Program-made: the position numbers and the translations under genes
Notes under the pieces: model-generated
The model's input: the letters and a program-made list of their open reading frames with translations, nothing else
The model's database searches: none
What the model was told of the DNA's origin: nothing
In this document: piece by piece, positions 29,292 to 38,057 of the stretch
Position numbering within the stretch: position 1 is the first letter of the stretch
Layout of the letters: the number at the start of each line of letters is the position of its first letter
Origin: an uncultured archaeon
GTDB taxonomy: Archaea > Altiarchaeota > Altiarchaeia > IMC4 > SCGC-AAA252-I15
Length of the DNA stretch: 59,292 bases
Assembly: GCA_902384455.1 (NCBI GenBank)
Contig: CABMCB010000068.1
Coordinates: forward strand, 1 to 59,292
Direction of reading: 5' to 3'

Positions 29292-30126
29292 ATTCAATTA
29301 ACCGTTTCCGGCGTCCGCGAAGTTTAACGAGAGCCTTAGTATAACGGGAATGGATGTTCTGGTATGTACAGCCTTGGAGCTTCCCAATCTGTCTGAAGTC
29401 TAAGCGTTCCTTTCCGTTTAACCCGAAAAGGAGTTCAATGATTTCCCGGTCACGCGGTTTTAAGATTTTAAGCAGAGTATCCAAGGCTTCGTTTCTTTTA
29501 TCTTGGAAATCCTTGTTATCCACCTGCTTAAACTCTTCCAGGGACCTGGGGTCCGGGAACATGTTTACGAACAGCATCGGTTTACCAGTATGACTCGTTG
29601 GGACCTCTTTGTCAAGGCTGACTTCACGGTAGGTGCTCAAATGAGCCAGCTCTTCAATCGTTGACATCTTCAAGTACTTCAAGCGAGTCTTGAGAGCTTT
29701 TTTCGTCGGGAGCTTTCCTTTTCTGATATCGGAAGACATCTTTCGAGTCTTTTGGGATACTCTCACAAGACGAGACTTACGGCTGATGGCCCCGAACAAG
29801 CGGTGCTTGACGGAGTAATATGCGTAGGTAGCAAAGCACACTTTTTTGGAAGGGTCGTAGGTGTTGACGGCCCGGATAAGTCCCAGGTTACCTTCTTGAA
29901 TGAGGTCGGAAAAAGGAATACCGCAACCCACATACCTCTTGGAGAGGTAGATAGGGATTTTCAGGTTGTGCTTAATAAGGAGTTCTCGGGATTCGGTATC
30001 CTCTGGGTTGTGTTGGATACGTTGGCCAAGCTCAATCTCTTGGGCTTTAGTCAGCCTGGGGATTGTCTGCACCATAGCGCAGTACTTGTCAGCGTCTTCT
30101 AAAGTTCCGCCATTCAAGAAAGACAT
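29278..30126 (-). CDS. RNA polymerase sigma-70 family factor (copy 1)
   Basis: LTKAQEIELG, DLIQEGNLGLIRAVNTYD, FATYAY, SRLVRV, region 4 HTH. Confidence 0.9.
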   Translation of the reverse strand: MSFLNGGTLEDADKYCAMVQTIPRLTKAQEIELGQRIQHNPEDTESRELLIKHNLKIPIYLSKRYVGCGIPFSDLIQEGNLGLIRAVNTYDPSKKVCFATYAYYSVKHRLFGAISRKSRLVRVSQKTRKMSSDIRKGKLPTKKALKTRLKYLKMSTIEELAHLSTYREVSLDKEVPTSHTGKPMLFVNMFPDPRSLEEFKQVDNKDFQDKRNEALDTLLKILKPRDREIIELLFGLNGKERLDFRQIGKLQGCTYQNIHSRYTKALVKLRGRRKRLIEYAPT

Positions 30127-30194
30127 GGAAATCCTTTATTTTAAAAGCGTTAATCCACAGTCTCAGTATACAAGTTTTCTGGACGAGACACTAC

Positions 30195-30208
30195 AGACGG
30201 TGTATACT
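30195..30208 (+). promoter_or_regulatory. Putative middle-class promoter motif AAACGGTGTATACT
   Basis: Exact or near copies at 22490, 22744, 30195, 37458 and 40601. Confidence 0.6.
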
Positions 30209-30225
30209 ATAGGTGGAGAGATACA

Positions 30226-30447
30226 ATGATAAAGACACACGAGGTTATGGTCAAGTTGAGCGCTTTGAGGGAGGGTTCTGAGGACAATCCCCTTGCCAAC
30301 TTCTTAACCACCCTGGACAAGGATGAACGAGTCATTGGGGTTGTTAAACTCAACACGAAACCTGTTTTCAGTGAAACTCACATTACAGGGCGCTGTTGTG
30401 ACGATATTACGATACACTTCCTGGTCATAACGAGAACCAAGGACTGA
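30226..30447 (+). CDS. Hypothetical protein
   Basis: GGAG RBS; first gene after the motif. Confidence 0.65.
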   Translation: MIKTHEVMVKLSALREGSEDNPLANFLTTLDKDERVIGVVKLNTKPVFSETHITGRCCDDITIHFLVITRTKD

Positions 30448-30449
30448 CC

Positions 30450-30719
30450 ATGAGTCGCTCCCGGAGAAAGACACCCGTGGGCGGGTTCACAACAGCGGAG
30501 TCTGAAAAGGACTTCAAGCGCGAATGTAACTCGGCCTTCAGGGCAAGGCAGCGCAGGTTGATTCAAAAGCTCCACCAAGAGCCTGAAGGGGATGCAGACA
30601 TTCACCTCCCAAGGCACCTCAGAGACGTGGTTGAGCCTTGGTCGGGTCCTAAAGATGGTAAGTGTTACTTTGGTAACATGGACGACAAGGCCTTCGTAAA
30701 GAAGCACATGCGTAAATAA
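30450..30719 (+). CDS. Basic hypothetical phage protein
   Basis: MSRSRRKTP...SEKDFKR...W.GPKDGK; coupled ORF. Confidence 0.7.
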   Translation: MSRSRRKTPVGGFTTAESEKDFKRECNSAFRARQRRLIQKLHQEPEGDADIHLPRHLRDVVEPWSGPKDGKCYFGNMDDKAFVKKHMRK

Positions 30720-30722
30720 GGG

Positions 30723-30751
30723 TTGACAGCTCCTAGGAAATAGGGTACTAT
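30723..30751 (+). promoter_or_regulatory. Sigma-70 promoter
   Basis: TTGACA-17-TACTAT. Confidence 0.75.
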
Positions 30752-30757
30752 ACACAC

Positions 30758-30934
30758 ATGCGATACGACTTCTACTGTAAAGACGAGTCCTGTGGAGAAG
30801 TGCTACGGGACGTAGACATGTTGTCGACGGACCCCTACCCGTCGTGCCCCAAGTGTGGCAAGCCGGTTGAACGCTTGTTCGACCAGCAGAACATCACACT
30901 CCGTGGGTTGACGACTCCTGGTAGGGGTAGCTGA
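30758..30934 (+). CDS. FmdB-family zinc-ribbon protein (58 aa, not in ORF track)
   Basis: MRYDFYCKDESCG...CPKCGKPVERLF. Confidence 0.75.
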   Translation: MRYDFYCKDESCGEVLRDVDMLSTDPYPSCPKCGKPVERLFDQQNITLRGLTTPGRGS

Positions 30935-30944
30935 CCGGATACAT

Positions 30945-31024
30945 GGCGGGGTAGAGGAGTCCGGTACCTCGGGAGGTTCATACCCTCTGTCATTACGCAG
31001 GTTCAAATCCTGCCCCCGCTACCA
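30945..31024 (+). tRNA. tRNA-Met(CAT), initiator-like body
   Basis: GGCGGGG/CCCCGCT acceptor, GAGG/CCTC D-stem, GGAGG-TTCATAC-CCTCT, GCAGG-TTCAAAT-CCTGC, encoded CCA; Ile2 identity not excluded. Confidence 0.88.
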
Positions 31025-31027
31025 AAT

Positions 31028-31236
31028 GTTCCAGCGCAAGCTGGGTTTTCTCCTACCCCGCACTCGAAGCGGGGACATGGAACTAAGTCTCACCACGTAA
31101 CAGCGGTGAGAATAAGGGTTAGCCGAAAACCCTCCGGTGACAGGAAGGAAATCCGTAGCGACCAACTACGGGGGCCTGGGGAGGTCCATTACGCAGCCGA
31201 GGCAAGGTAAGGCCGTCAGAACCCACTGTCACCCCA
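31028..31236 (+). ncRNA. Structured ncRNA of unknown class, 3' module ending in CCA
   Basis: Series of hairpins; GGTGACAG/CTGTCACC stem followed by CCA-TTTT; no credible plus-strand ORF. Confidence 0.65.
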
Positions 31237-31252
31237 TTTTAAGAGGCGTAGC

Positions 31253-31507
31253 ATGAAAGACCCGAAGGACACCAAGAAAGGACTTAAACCTGAGTACCCC
31301 CAGAACCTGGGATGGAAATGCCCTGTTTGCGGTCGCGGCAATTCTCCATTCACGACAACATGCCCGTGTGTGCAGGCGGTCCCGAAGTGGCCTACCCAGC
31401 CTTCGTGGCCTGACACACCGTGGGTGCCCTACCAGCCGCCGTACACTCCGTGGTACCCTGGTCCGTATTATCAAGGCCCAACCTGTCAGAGCCGTGGAGC
31501 AGTCTAA
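31253..31507 (+). CDS. CxxC/Pro-rich hypothetical protein
   Basis: GWKCPVCGRGNSPFTTTCPC; GAGG RBS. Confidence 0.7.
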   Translation: MKDPKDTKKGLKPEYPQNLGWKCPVCGRGNSPFTTTCPCVQAVPKWPTQPSWPDTPWVPYQPPYTPWYPGPYYQGPTCQSRGAV

Positions 31508-32034
31508 TGGGCAAGTACCTGTCGGCTGAAGAAATAGAACGCCTCCAAATTGGTATGGGTGCTGATGGGTATCCCATAGCACTTCGTGACTTGTACGAAC
31601 CTTACCTCACCATGCTTCGCAGAGCTGTTATCCAAGCGAAGCAGGTTGAGGCTGTCAAAGAAACAGTAGACAGTATAAACAAAGACATTGATGAGTCTGG
31701 CCTTTCACTCGTTCAATATCTTCGACAGCACAAGACCCAGGCCTTCAAGGTTAAGGAGTGGCTCAAGAAGCACGGCGAGATTGGTCTGAAGGAATCCTTA
31801 TTCGAAGACAACGGGATTGGGTCCGCCCGACTGGCCGCTATTATTCACGTGCTTCGTAATCGAGAAAGAATGAATATCAAGACGAAATGGGTGTATACTG
31901 GAAAAAGAAAGCGCGTTGGGCGCTACATCCTCTATAAGGGTGACTGGGATGGCATTATCGAAGAAGCGAAAGCCGCAACCCCGCAGAAGCCGCAAGAAGA
32001 CCTTTTCACAGGACCCACCGTACCTGTCGCTTGA
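31507..32034 (+). CDS. Protein with C-terminal winged HTH
   Basis: GIGSARLAAIIHVLR...I.TKWV...VGRY; TAATG coupling. Confidence 0.6.
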   Translation: MGKYLSAEEIERLQIGMGADGYPIALRDLYEPYLTMLRRAVIQAKQVEAVKETVDSINKDIDESGLSLVQYLRQHKTQAFKVKEWLKKHGEIGLKESLFEDNGIGSARLAAIIHVLRNRERMNIKTKWVYTGKRKRVGRYILYKGDWDGIIEEAKAATPQKPQEDLFTGPTVPVA

Positions 32035-32056
32035 AGACGAACGTGCCTTCCTCCGC

Positions 32057-32374
32057 ATGGAAATGGAAGGACTCGTCGAAGCCAACATCCAAACCGCAGT
32101 TCAAAAAGCTCTCGAAGAAGACCGCGCTCTCACCGAATCCCTTATCAAGGACTGGGGTGAGAGATATTGGGGCAAGCTCACAGCAGAACAGGTCATTGAC
32201 CATGTTCGTTTCTGGAGAGCTCAGGGAGAGCGTAGTGCCCAGAAACGGGTAACTAAACCGGAGGTAGTACATGAAGAAGAGAGTGCTGATGATGTTGATG
32301 GCGTTGTTTGTGACTGCAGCGGTTTCCCGTGCGGACACAGCAACAGTGACGGACGGAAAGCTGACGGTATCTAA
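32057..32374 (+). CDS. Hypothetical protein
   Basis: Fills a gap; overlaps next gene by about 100 bp; start uncertain. Confidence 0.4.
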   Translation: MEMEGLVEANIQTAVQKALEEDRALTESLIKDWGERYWGKLTAEQVIDHVRFWRAQGERSAQKRVTKPEVVHEEESADDVDGVVCDCSGFPCGHSNSDGRKADGI

Positions 32375-32684
32375 GGCGTCCTGGACGGCCTACGTGACGG
32401 CAAAGGGCCAAGCCAAGACGGCTGAAGACTACGCCAAGGTGGCCGAGCTGGCCCCCTTCCCAGCAGGCAAGGCCTGGGCGTGGTACAACGCAGCGCGTCT
32501 CGTCGTCTGGACCCCCGACTTCAAGGTCATCCAGGGGCTCTCCTTGGACCAGAAGAAGAAGAAGAAGAAGGCGGCAGGGTACCTGGCTCACTGTGAAGCC
32601 GTGATGGCCGAAGAGCGCTTCACGAACAAGAAACTGCTCGTGTATATCCAGGAAGTTAAGGACACCATCGAAGGCAAGAAGTAA
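32271..32684 (+). CDS. Exported protein with signal peptide
   Basis: GGAGGT RBS; MKKRVLMMLMALFVTAAVSRA; (AAG)6 poly-Lys. Confidence 0.7.
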   Translation: MKKRVLMMLMALFVTAAVSRADTATVTDGKLTVSKASWTAYVTAKGQAKTAEDYAKVAELAPFPAGKAWAWYNAARLVVWTPDFKVIQGLSLDQKKKKKKAAGYLAHCEAVMAEERFTNKKLLVYIQEVKDTIEGKK

Positions 32685-32696
32685 GCGGTGGCTTGA

Positions 32697-32729
32697 AGGT
32701 CCCCCACCCTTACTGGGCGGGGGGTCTTA
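32697..32729 (+). terminator. GC-rich stem-loop after the exported-protein gene
   Basis: CCCCCACCC-TTACT-GGGCGGGGG; weak U-tract. Confidence 0.45.
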
Positions 32730-32753
32730 AATCCATTGTAAAGGATTAAGACC

Positions 32754-33332
32754 ATGGACTCCTTGACTATCAGCGCAGCCAAAGGGATGCTTGCGGAACA
32801 AGAACTCATTCCGGCTCTCAAGAAGATTGTTGCTTTCTACGGAAAGGTCTGTGATAACTTCGAACTGTGTCACTGCAAAAGTTGCCAGAGTAGCTACGGT
32901 TCCTGGGAAGAAGCCGATAGAGCATTGAAAAACTACGAAGCCGCTTTGGAAGAAATCAAGAGGTTAGACCTTGAAAAGCGAAAAAGAGATTCGGAAAGAG
33001 CTTAAGGACCAGAAGGCTGACCAGAAGCTGTGTACCTGGAGAAAGCCCTGTTCTGCATGCTTCAAGGGAGACGTGACCATCCACGTCCTTGAATGGGTCT
33101 TGGGTAAACGGAAGGACGTCGAAGGGGTCAAGCCAAGGAAGTGGTCTGTGGGGGATAACTGATGCTTCGGGCCTTCCTGTGTTTCTGTGGATATCACCCA
33201 AGGGACCAAGTGGATAGGGTGCATGTTGTAGTTCCTGGATGGGGCTTAAAACCAGGGGAAACCCCCTCAGAATCGTGGAGCTGTAACTGCCACGCCTGCG
33301 GGGGAAGGTGGATGGAGACTTTCAAGGGTTGA
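32754..33332 (+). other. Three small hypothetical ORFs (32754-33005, 32971-33162, 33162-33332)
   Basis: Overlapping/coupled Cys-containing ORFs. Confidence 0.55.
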
Positions 33333-33760
33333 CATTATGGCTTTTAAGAGGTACACTGTTGCCAGGAAGAAAACACAAGTGCCTGAATTGTCCCAAATTA
33401 GTTAATTCTAAGGCATTCAGGTGCAGGCTTTGCTACAGTAAAATCCGTAAAACCAGAAACGGGACATTCGGAGAATACAGACAGAGTTGGACAAGAGTCA
33501 AAAAATACGGGATAGATAACGAGGATTTTGAGGTTCTTTACCAAGCATTCAGGGGAAAGTGCGGGATTTGTGAAAAATCCCTGCTTAGAATTACTAAAGG
33601 GAAATCAACTAAAGACAGAGCTTGCATAGACCACAATCATCTTACAGGAAACATACGAGGAATCCTGTGTCACCACTGCAACACGAGTCTTGGGATGTTT
33701 TTAGACAGCCAAGAACTACTTGAAAAAGCAAAGGACTACTTAAATGGAAACAGGATATAA
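33308..33760 (+). CDS. Endonuclease VII family protein (probable free-standing homing endonuclease)
   Basis: KYGI...GKCGIC...CIDHNHLTGNIRGILCHHCNTSLG; start uncertain. Confidence 0.88.
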   Translation: MDGDFQGLTLWLLRGTLLPGRKHKCLNCPKLVNSKAFRCRLCYSKIRKTRNGTFGEYRQSWTRVKKYGIDNEDFEVLYQAFRGKCGICEKSLLRITKGKSTKDRACIDHNHLTGNIRGILCHHCNTSLGMFLDSQELLEKAKDYLNGNRI

Positions 33761-34787
33761 ATCAGGATTAGCCACCGTACAAAAACTATCCTCTTTAAAA
33801 CCCATTGAGGGGGCCGATAAGATTGAGTTGGCTCAGATGGAAGGTATGGGGTGGGTAGTCGTAGTTCAGAAAGGATTACACACAGTAGGCGACTTAGTAT
33901 GTTTTATTCCTATAGACATTGTATGCCCTGACAAGCCCTGGTTTTCTTTTCTTAAAGACCGGCATTTTCGTGTACGAACTGTACGATTAAGAGGACAACT
34001 GTCTCAGGGAATAATCCTACCCCTAAGTGTTTTAGAGGGCTCTGGATTTAAAGAAGGAGACGACATCACCGAACTTCTCGGAGTGAAGAAGTACGAGAAG
34101 GAAGTCCCCCAGGGCGGCTCTCCTCGCGGGACCCGTCCAAACTTCATCCCGAAGACCGACGAAGACCGCCTCCAGTCGTACCTGCGCCTGCTCCAGGAAA
34201 TCAAGGGCGTCAAGGTCTACATCACCACGAAGTGCGACGGGTCGAGTTGCACCTTCTTCTATCGCAAGTCCCCTGAGCTCGAAAAGGGCGAGTTCGGAGT
34301 GTGCTCTCGCCAGCAGCTCTATGCGGAAGACGACATCAACGCCTTCTCTTCGACAGCCCGCACTTTGGGAATCCACGAGAAGATGGAAGCTTTCGGTTGT
34401 AACATCGCTGTCCAGGGAGAGCTTGTCGGCCCCGGCATCCAGAAGAATAAGATGGGGCTCCCCTCCCTTCAGTTCCTTGCATTCAATGCTTGGGACATCG
34501 ACAATCAGAGGTACATCGGGTACGAAGAGTCCCGAAACATCTTCGCGGCACTTGGGATGACCCCCGTACCTCTGGTCGAGGTAGGCAAGACCCTGGAGGA
34601 AATCTTCGGGAAAGACGATATCACCATCGACGACCTCCTGAAGTATTCCGAGGGCTCCTACGACAGCGGAGAGCCCCGCGAGGGTATCGTGATTCGGCCC
34701 ATGAGTGAAATGTACAGTGACGTGCTGCGTGGACGACTCTCCTTCAAGGTGGTTAACAACAAGTTCCTTGAGAAGTGGAAGGAGTAG
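33744..34787 (+). CDS. ATP-dependent RNA ligase (DRB0094-type)
   Basis: PIEGADKIE, LRGQLSQG, motif I TKCDGSS, QGELVGPGIQKN, REGIVIR, SFKVVNNKFL. Confidence 0.92.
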   Translation: METGYKSGLATVQKLSSLKPIEGADKIELAQMEGMGWVVVVQKGLHTVGDLVCFIPIDIVCPDKPWFSFLKDRHFRVRTVRLRGQLSQGIILPLSVLEGSGFKEGDDITELLGVKKYEKEVPQGGSPRGTRPNFIPKTDEDRLQSYLRLLQEIKGVKVYITTKCDGSSCTFFYRKSPELEKGEFGVCSRQQLYAEDDINAFSSTARTLGIHEKMEAFGCNIAVQGELVGPGIQKNKMGLPSLQFLAFNAWDIDNQRYIGYEESRNIFAALGMTPVPLVEVGKTLEEIFGKDDITIDDLLKYSEGSYDSGEPREGIVIRPMSEMYSDVLRGRLSFKVVNNKFLEKWKE

Positions 34788-34789
34788 CT

Positions 34790-35435
34790 ATGAAGCTCGG
34801 ACCTTTGGAAGTCAACTGGTTTGGGCCAAGACATTTTTGGCAATGGCAATGGGCCCGTAAGTGTGATTTCTGGCTCATCTGGCAAGTGGGCCCTTTAAGA
34901 GTTTCTTGGACCTATAGGCCTAACCTGTGGACCAAGCTCGACCCCGGAGGTGGAGTTCCAGAGAACACGTACATGTGCAACTGCGGAAAGACTTTCAAAG
35001 GTCACTGGGCTCGGGATATCCATTGGTTTGGCTGTGAATCAAACAAGAACCGACCAAAATGAGAATCCCACGGATGAAGGCTTCTAACAAGGACGTAGAC
35101 GGTCGAGTATTCCGGTGCGACAGGTGTTACCAGCACGGGGATGTCGCGGACTTGTTGGAGCAGATAGTAAGGTACCGGGAATACATTGATAGCTTAAACT
35201 CAGACCCGTACTCAAGTGGTCAAAGAATTTTAGCCAAGGACCCCTGGTTTGGAAAGAGAAAGAAGTAATGTTCCAGTGTAAAGGTTGCGGAGTAGACCTT
35301 TCTCCAAACGAAGTAAACGGGTACTGTGGGCTCTGCTGGGTTACCAAAAGGAATGACCCGGAGTACTGTTTGGTAACCCCTACAGGTCGGCCAAAACGTA
35401 GGTACAAGAAGCGAAGGAAGAGGGAGACTGAATGA
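34790..35435 (+). other. Three small hypothetical ORFs (34790-35062, 35059-35268, 35268-35435)
   Basis: ATGA/TAATG coupling. Confidence 0.55.
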
Positions 35436-35932
35436 GAACCATCCTCCTAGGCTTAGTCCTGTCCCTGATGTCTTTGACTGTACAGGCTAAGGTCCCGACT
35501 ATCATCGTATACCTTGGCGGAGTGCCTAATGCCGGACCTCCTTCACCTGAGCTGGAGTTCTTGGACCACAGGCCGATATTTAAGTGTGCTGTAGGGATGA
35601 TTGGAAAATACAACAAGATACCCCACACACCTACAGGGACCTTCAGGGTCATTGCAAAAGTAGTGGACCCTGTGTACATCGACGTGAACGGCGTGAAGGT
35701 TGCCGGTCCATTCAACAAAGAGGTGGGGCCTACTCACTTAAACGTCTATGGGACAAGGCTAATTCGCTTGAACTACGCGAGGAACGGTCGGCACCTGTGC
35801 ATTCATGGTACGAATGAACCATGGCTTATTCCGGGGTACGTGAGTCACATGTGCATCCGAATGAAGAACGAAGAGGTTGAGTGGCTGTTCGACCGAGTAA
35901 AGGTCGGAGACATCGTGGAGATTGTACCATGA
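35432..35932 (+). CDS. L,D-transpeptidase (YkuD family) with signal peptide
   Basis: TPTGTFRV and catalytic CIHGT...SHMCIRM. Confidence 0.9.
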   Translation: MRTILLGLVLSLMSLTVQAKVPTIIVYLGGVPNAGPPSPELEFLDHRPIFKCAVGMIGKYNKIPHTPTGTFRVIAKVVDPVYIDVNGVKVAGPFNKEVGPTHLNVYGTRLIRLNYARNGRHLCIHGTNEPWLIPGYVSHMCIRMKNEEVEWLFDRVKVGDIVEIVP

Positions 35933-36432
35933 AACCTACATTCACCCTCTGTGGGGGTAATCGCATCGACAAAGCCATCTTCTTGGCTACACAGGCACAC
36001 ATGGGTCAGTTGGATAAGGCGGGAAACCCCTACATCCTCCATCCACTGCGCGTGATGCTGACCCAGAAGGACAGGGAGCTTCAAATCGCTGCCGTGCTGC
36101 ATGACGTCGTGGAGGATACCGAGGTCACTCTCGAAGACATCGTCCGGGAGTTCGACCCCAACATCGCCAACATGGTGGACATCCTGACCCGCAAGAAGAA
36201 TCAAAGCCGCAGGAACTACATCAAAAACATCACCCACCATCCTGTGCTACTCTCGGTGAAGCTGCAGGACATGAAGGACAACCTATCCCCGAACCGGATG
36301 TATCACCTAGCTTCCGAAGTCAGGGAGCGTCTCCTGGCGAAGTACAAGAAGGACCTTCTTTACATGAAGAGCTTGGGGTGCAAGAATGAGCTCTTGGACG
36401 AACTTCTTCACAGGTTTGAAAAAGGAGCCTGA
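35929..36432 (+). CDS. RelA/SpoT-type HD hydrolase (small alarmone hydrolase-like)
   Basis: AHMGQLDKAGNPYILHPLRV, AAVLHDVVEDT, VKLQDMKDN. Confidence 0.88.
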   Translation: MKPTFTLCGGNRIDKAIFLATQAHMGQLDKAGNPYILHPLRVMLTQKDRELQIAAVLHDVVEDTEVTLEDIVREFDPNIANMVDILTRKKNQSRRNYIKNITHHPVLLSVKLQDMKDNLSPNRMYHLASEVRERLLAKYKKDLLYMKSLGCKNELLDELLHRFEKGA

Positions 36433-36433
36433 A

Positions 36434-36568
36434 ATGGACATTTCGAAGATGACCCAGAAGGCCAAGAATGACCTGCTCCAGCACTTGGTCAACAAGCTGG
36501 ATGAGTTGGATGAGCAGGATTACTTCGGGACCGAAGGTTGGAAATACTTTTTCAGCGTGGAGGAATAA
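36434..36568 (+). CDS. Small hypothetical protein
   Basis: AAGGAG RBS; LDELDEQDYFGTEGWK. Confidence 0.6.
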   Translation: MDISKMTQKAKNDLLQHLVNKLDELDEQDYFGTEGWKYFFSVEE

Positions 36569-36625
36569 GCGGTAAACTTGCAGTCTCAGGGAAACAGGGA
36601 AAGTAGTTTAGGGAAGACGTTACAT

Positions 36626-36710
36626 TCCTGGGTGGCCGAATGGTAAGGCAGCGGACTGTTAATCCGCCGGGGGAAACCCTGTGTAGGTTCGATTCCTACC
36701 CCAGGAGCCA
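36626..36710 (+). tRNA. tRNA-Asn(GTT) with long variable arm
   Basis: TCCTGGG/CCCAGGA, G73, CCA; GCGGA-CTGTTAA-TCCGC; variable arm CGGGG-GAAA-CCCTG; GTAGG-TTCGATT-CCTAC. Confidence 0.88.
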
Positions 36711-36724
36711 TTTTAAGGAGTCCC

Positions 36725-37458
36725 ATGGAATTCTCCCTGTTGACTGTCATTTGGAACCGCGAGGGTGCCTACTTCTTTGGTCTTGGGTGCCTCACTCAAG
36801 GTGAAGGCCCTACGTTCAGCCTCTTTCACTTCGGAATTGACTTCGAAGCCAGCATTTGGGCTTTGGACTTCTGCTGGTTAACGAGCCTGATGACATGAAA
36901 AAATTACTAGCTGAATACCAAAAACTGTTCGATAAAGTTCGTAAGTCTGACCCCGAAATGGGAATGATTTCAGCCATTGAAATCTGCACAGGGTGTGGAG
37001 AGCCGGGGATGATTCGCTGGACACGCCAGCACGGGATGAAGTGGGACCACGAGTGTAAAAAAGATAAATCGGAGTAAGCCATGGAACGTTCAAAGTTTAA
37101 GGATATGGAAATCATCAAGCTCGTAGTTTCCAAAGAATACTATACCCCTTCTGAATTGAACGATTGGGATTTCGAAAGATTCCACAACTTGGGTACCAAA
37201 AGATTGTACTACTGGTACAGTGATGGGGATTACTGTGGTGATGGTCTTGCCCTAGTCCTCGTAGACGGACTGTGGTATACCCACGGAATGAGCCATTGCT
37301 CCTGTAACGGACCAACAGAAGACGTGAGTTTTTCTCCAAGTGAAGGAAAGAAAAGCCCTGCCGACTTCTTCCCCATGTATGAGGAAGCCGAAGTCTCTGA
37401 CGAGCTTGCGCCTCTAGTAAAAGAGGCTATGCAAGATTTGAGCACAGAGACTTTGTAA
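36725..37458 (+). other. Three hypothetical ORFs (36725-36898, 36895-37077, 37081-37458)
   Basis: RBSs and coupling; the last has HCSCNG. Confidence 0.6.
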
Positions 37459-37492
37459 AACGGTGTATAATGGGGACAGAAAGGAAAGGAAC

Positions 37493-38047
37493 ATGAAAAC
37501 ACTATTACTTACCAGCAGGGATAACTCGCCAAAGAGGGTAGTCTATTTGGACGAGGACTCTTATGAGACTGCAATTAAGTTAAACCCTAAATGGTATTGG
37601 GCAGGTGGAGAAGACATTAACAATATCGGAGCTCGGACTAAAGATTCCGATGGTAAGTGGGTTTCTCTTCACAGACTCGCAGCGGGAGTGTTACTCAATC
37701 CACACACGGCTGTGATTTTCAAGGACGGGAACAGACTTAACAACCTTAGGTCAAACCTCCTGTTGAAGAGCCGGAGTGACCAAAGCAGAGAGAACGCCCT
37801 TAAGGCAAAGGAAAATAAGGAAAAGGCAAAGGCAACCAAGGCCGAAGCGCGGAAGGCAGCAAGGAAAGTAACTGTAAGCACCCCCCTTCTTGAACAGCAG
37901 AAAATCGAGGGTCTTGAATATCGGGAAGCTCAGCTCATGATGCTTGTGGAGCAGCACTTGGTGCCTTCTCAAGAGGTAAACAACCTCTCTCCGAAAGAGA
38001 AGCGTTGGCAGAAGGTAGCTGCCGCTCTGGTGAAAGCTCAAGCCTAA
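37493..38047 (+). CDS. HNH-endonuclease-like protein, probably degenerate
   Basis: SLHRL...VIFKDGNRLNNLRSNL; the usual DH dyad reads IF. Confidence 0.7.
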   Translation: MKTLLLTSRDNSPKRVVYLDEDSYETAIKLNPKWYWAGGEDINNIGARTKDSDGKWVSLHRLAAGVLLNPHTAVIFKDGNRLNNLRSNLLLKSRSDQSRENALKAKENKEKAKATKAEARKAARKVTVSTPLLEQQKIEGLEYREAQLMMLVEQHLVPSQEVNNLSPKEKRWQKVAAALVKAQA

Positions 38048-38057
38048 GGATTGCTCC

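Noticed and set aside
31025-31085. HDV-like (theta) ribozyme after the tRNA
   Set aside because: I could not build the nested double pseudoknot by eye, and the tRNA already encodes CCA; a motif search is needed to exclude it fully
31136-31236. RNase P RNA, SRP RNA or tmRNA
   Set aside because: GGAAATCCG and CAGAACCC resemble RNase P motifs but cannot form P4; no SRP domain IV, T-arm or Ala G3-U70 acceptor
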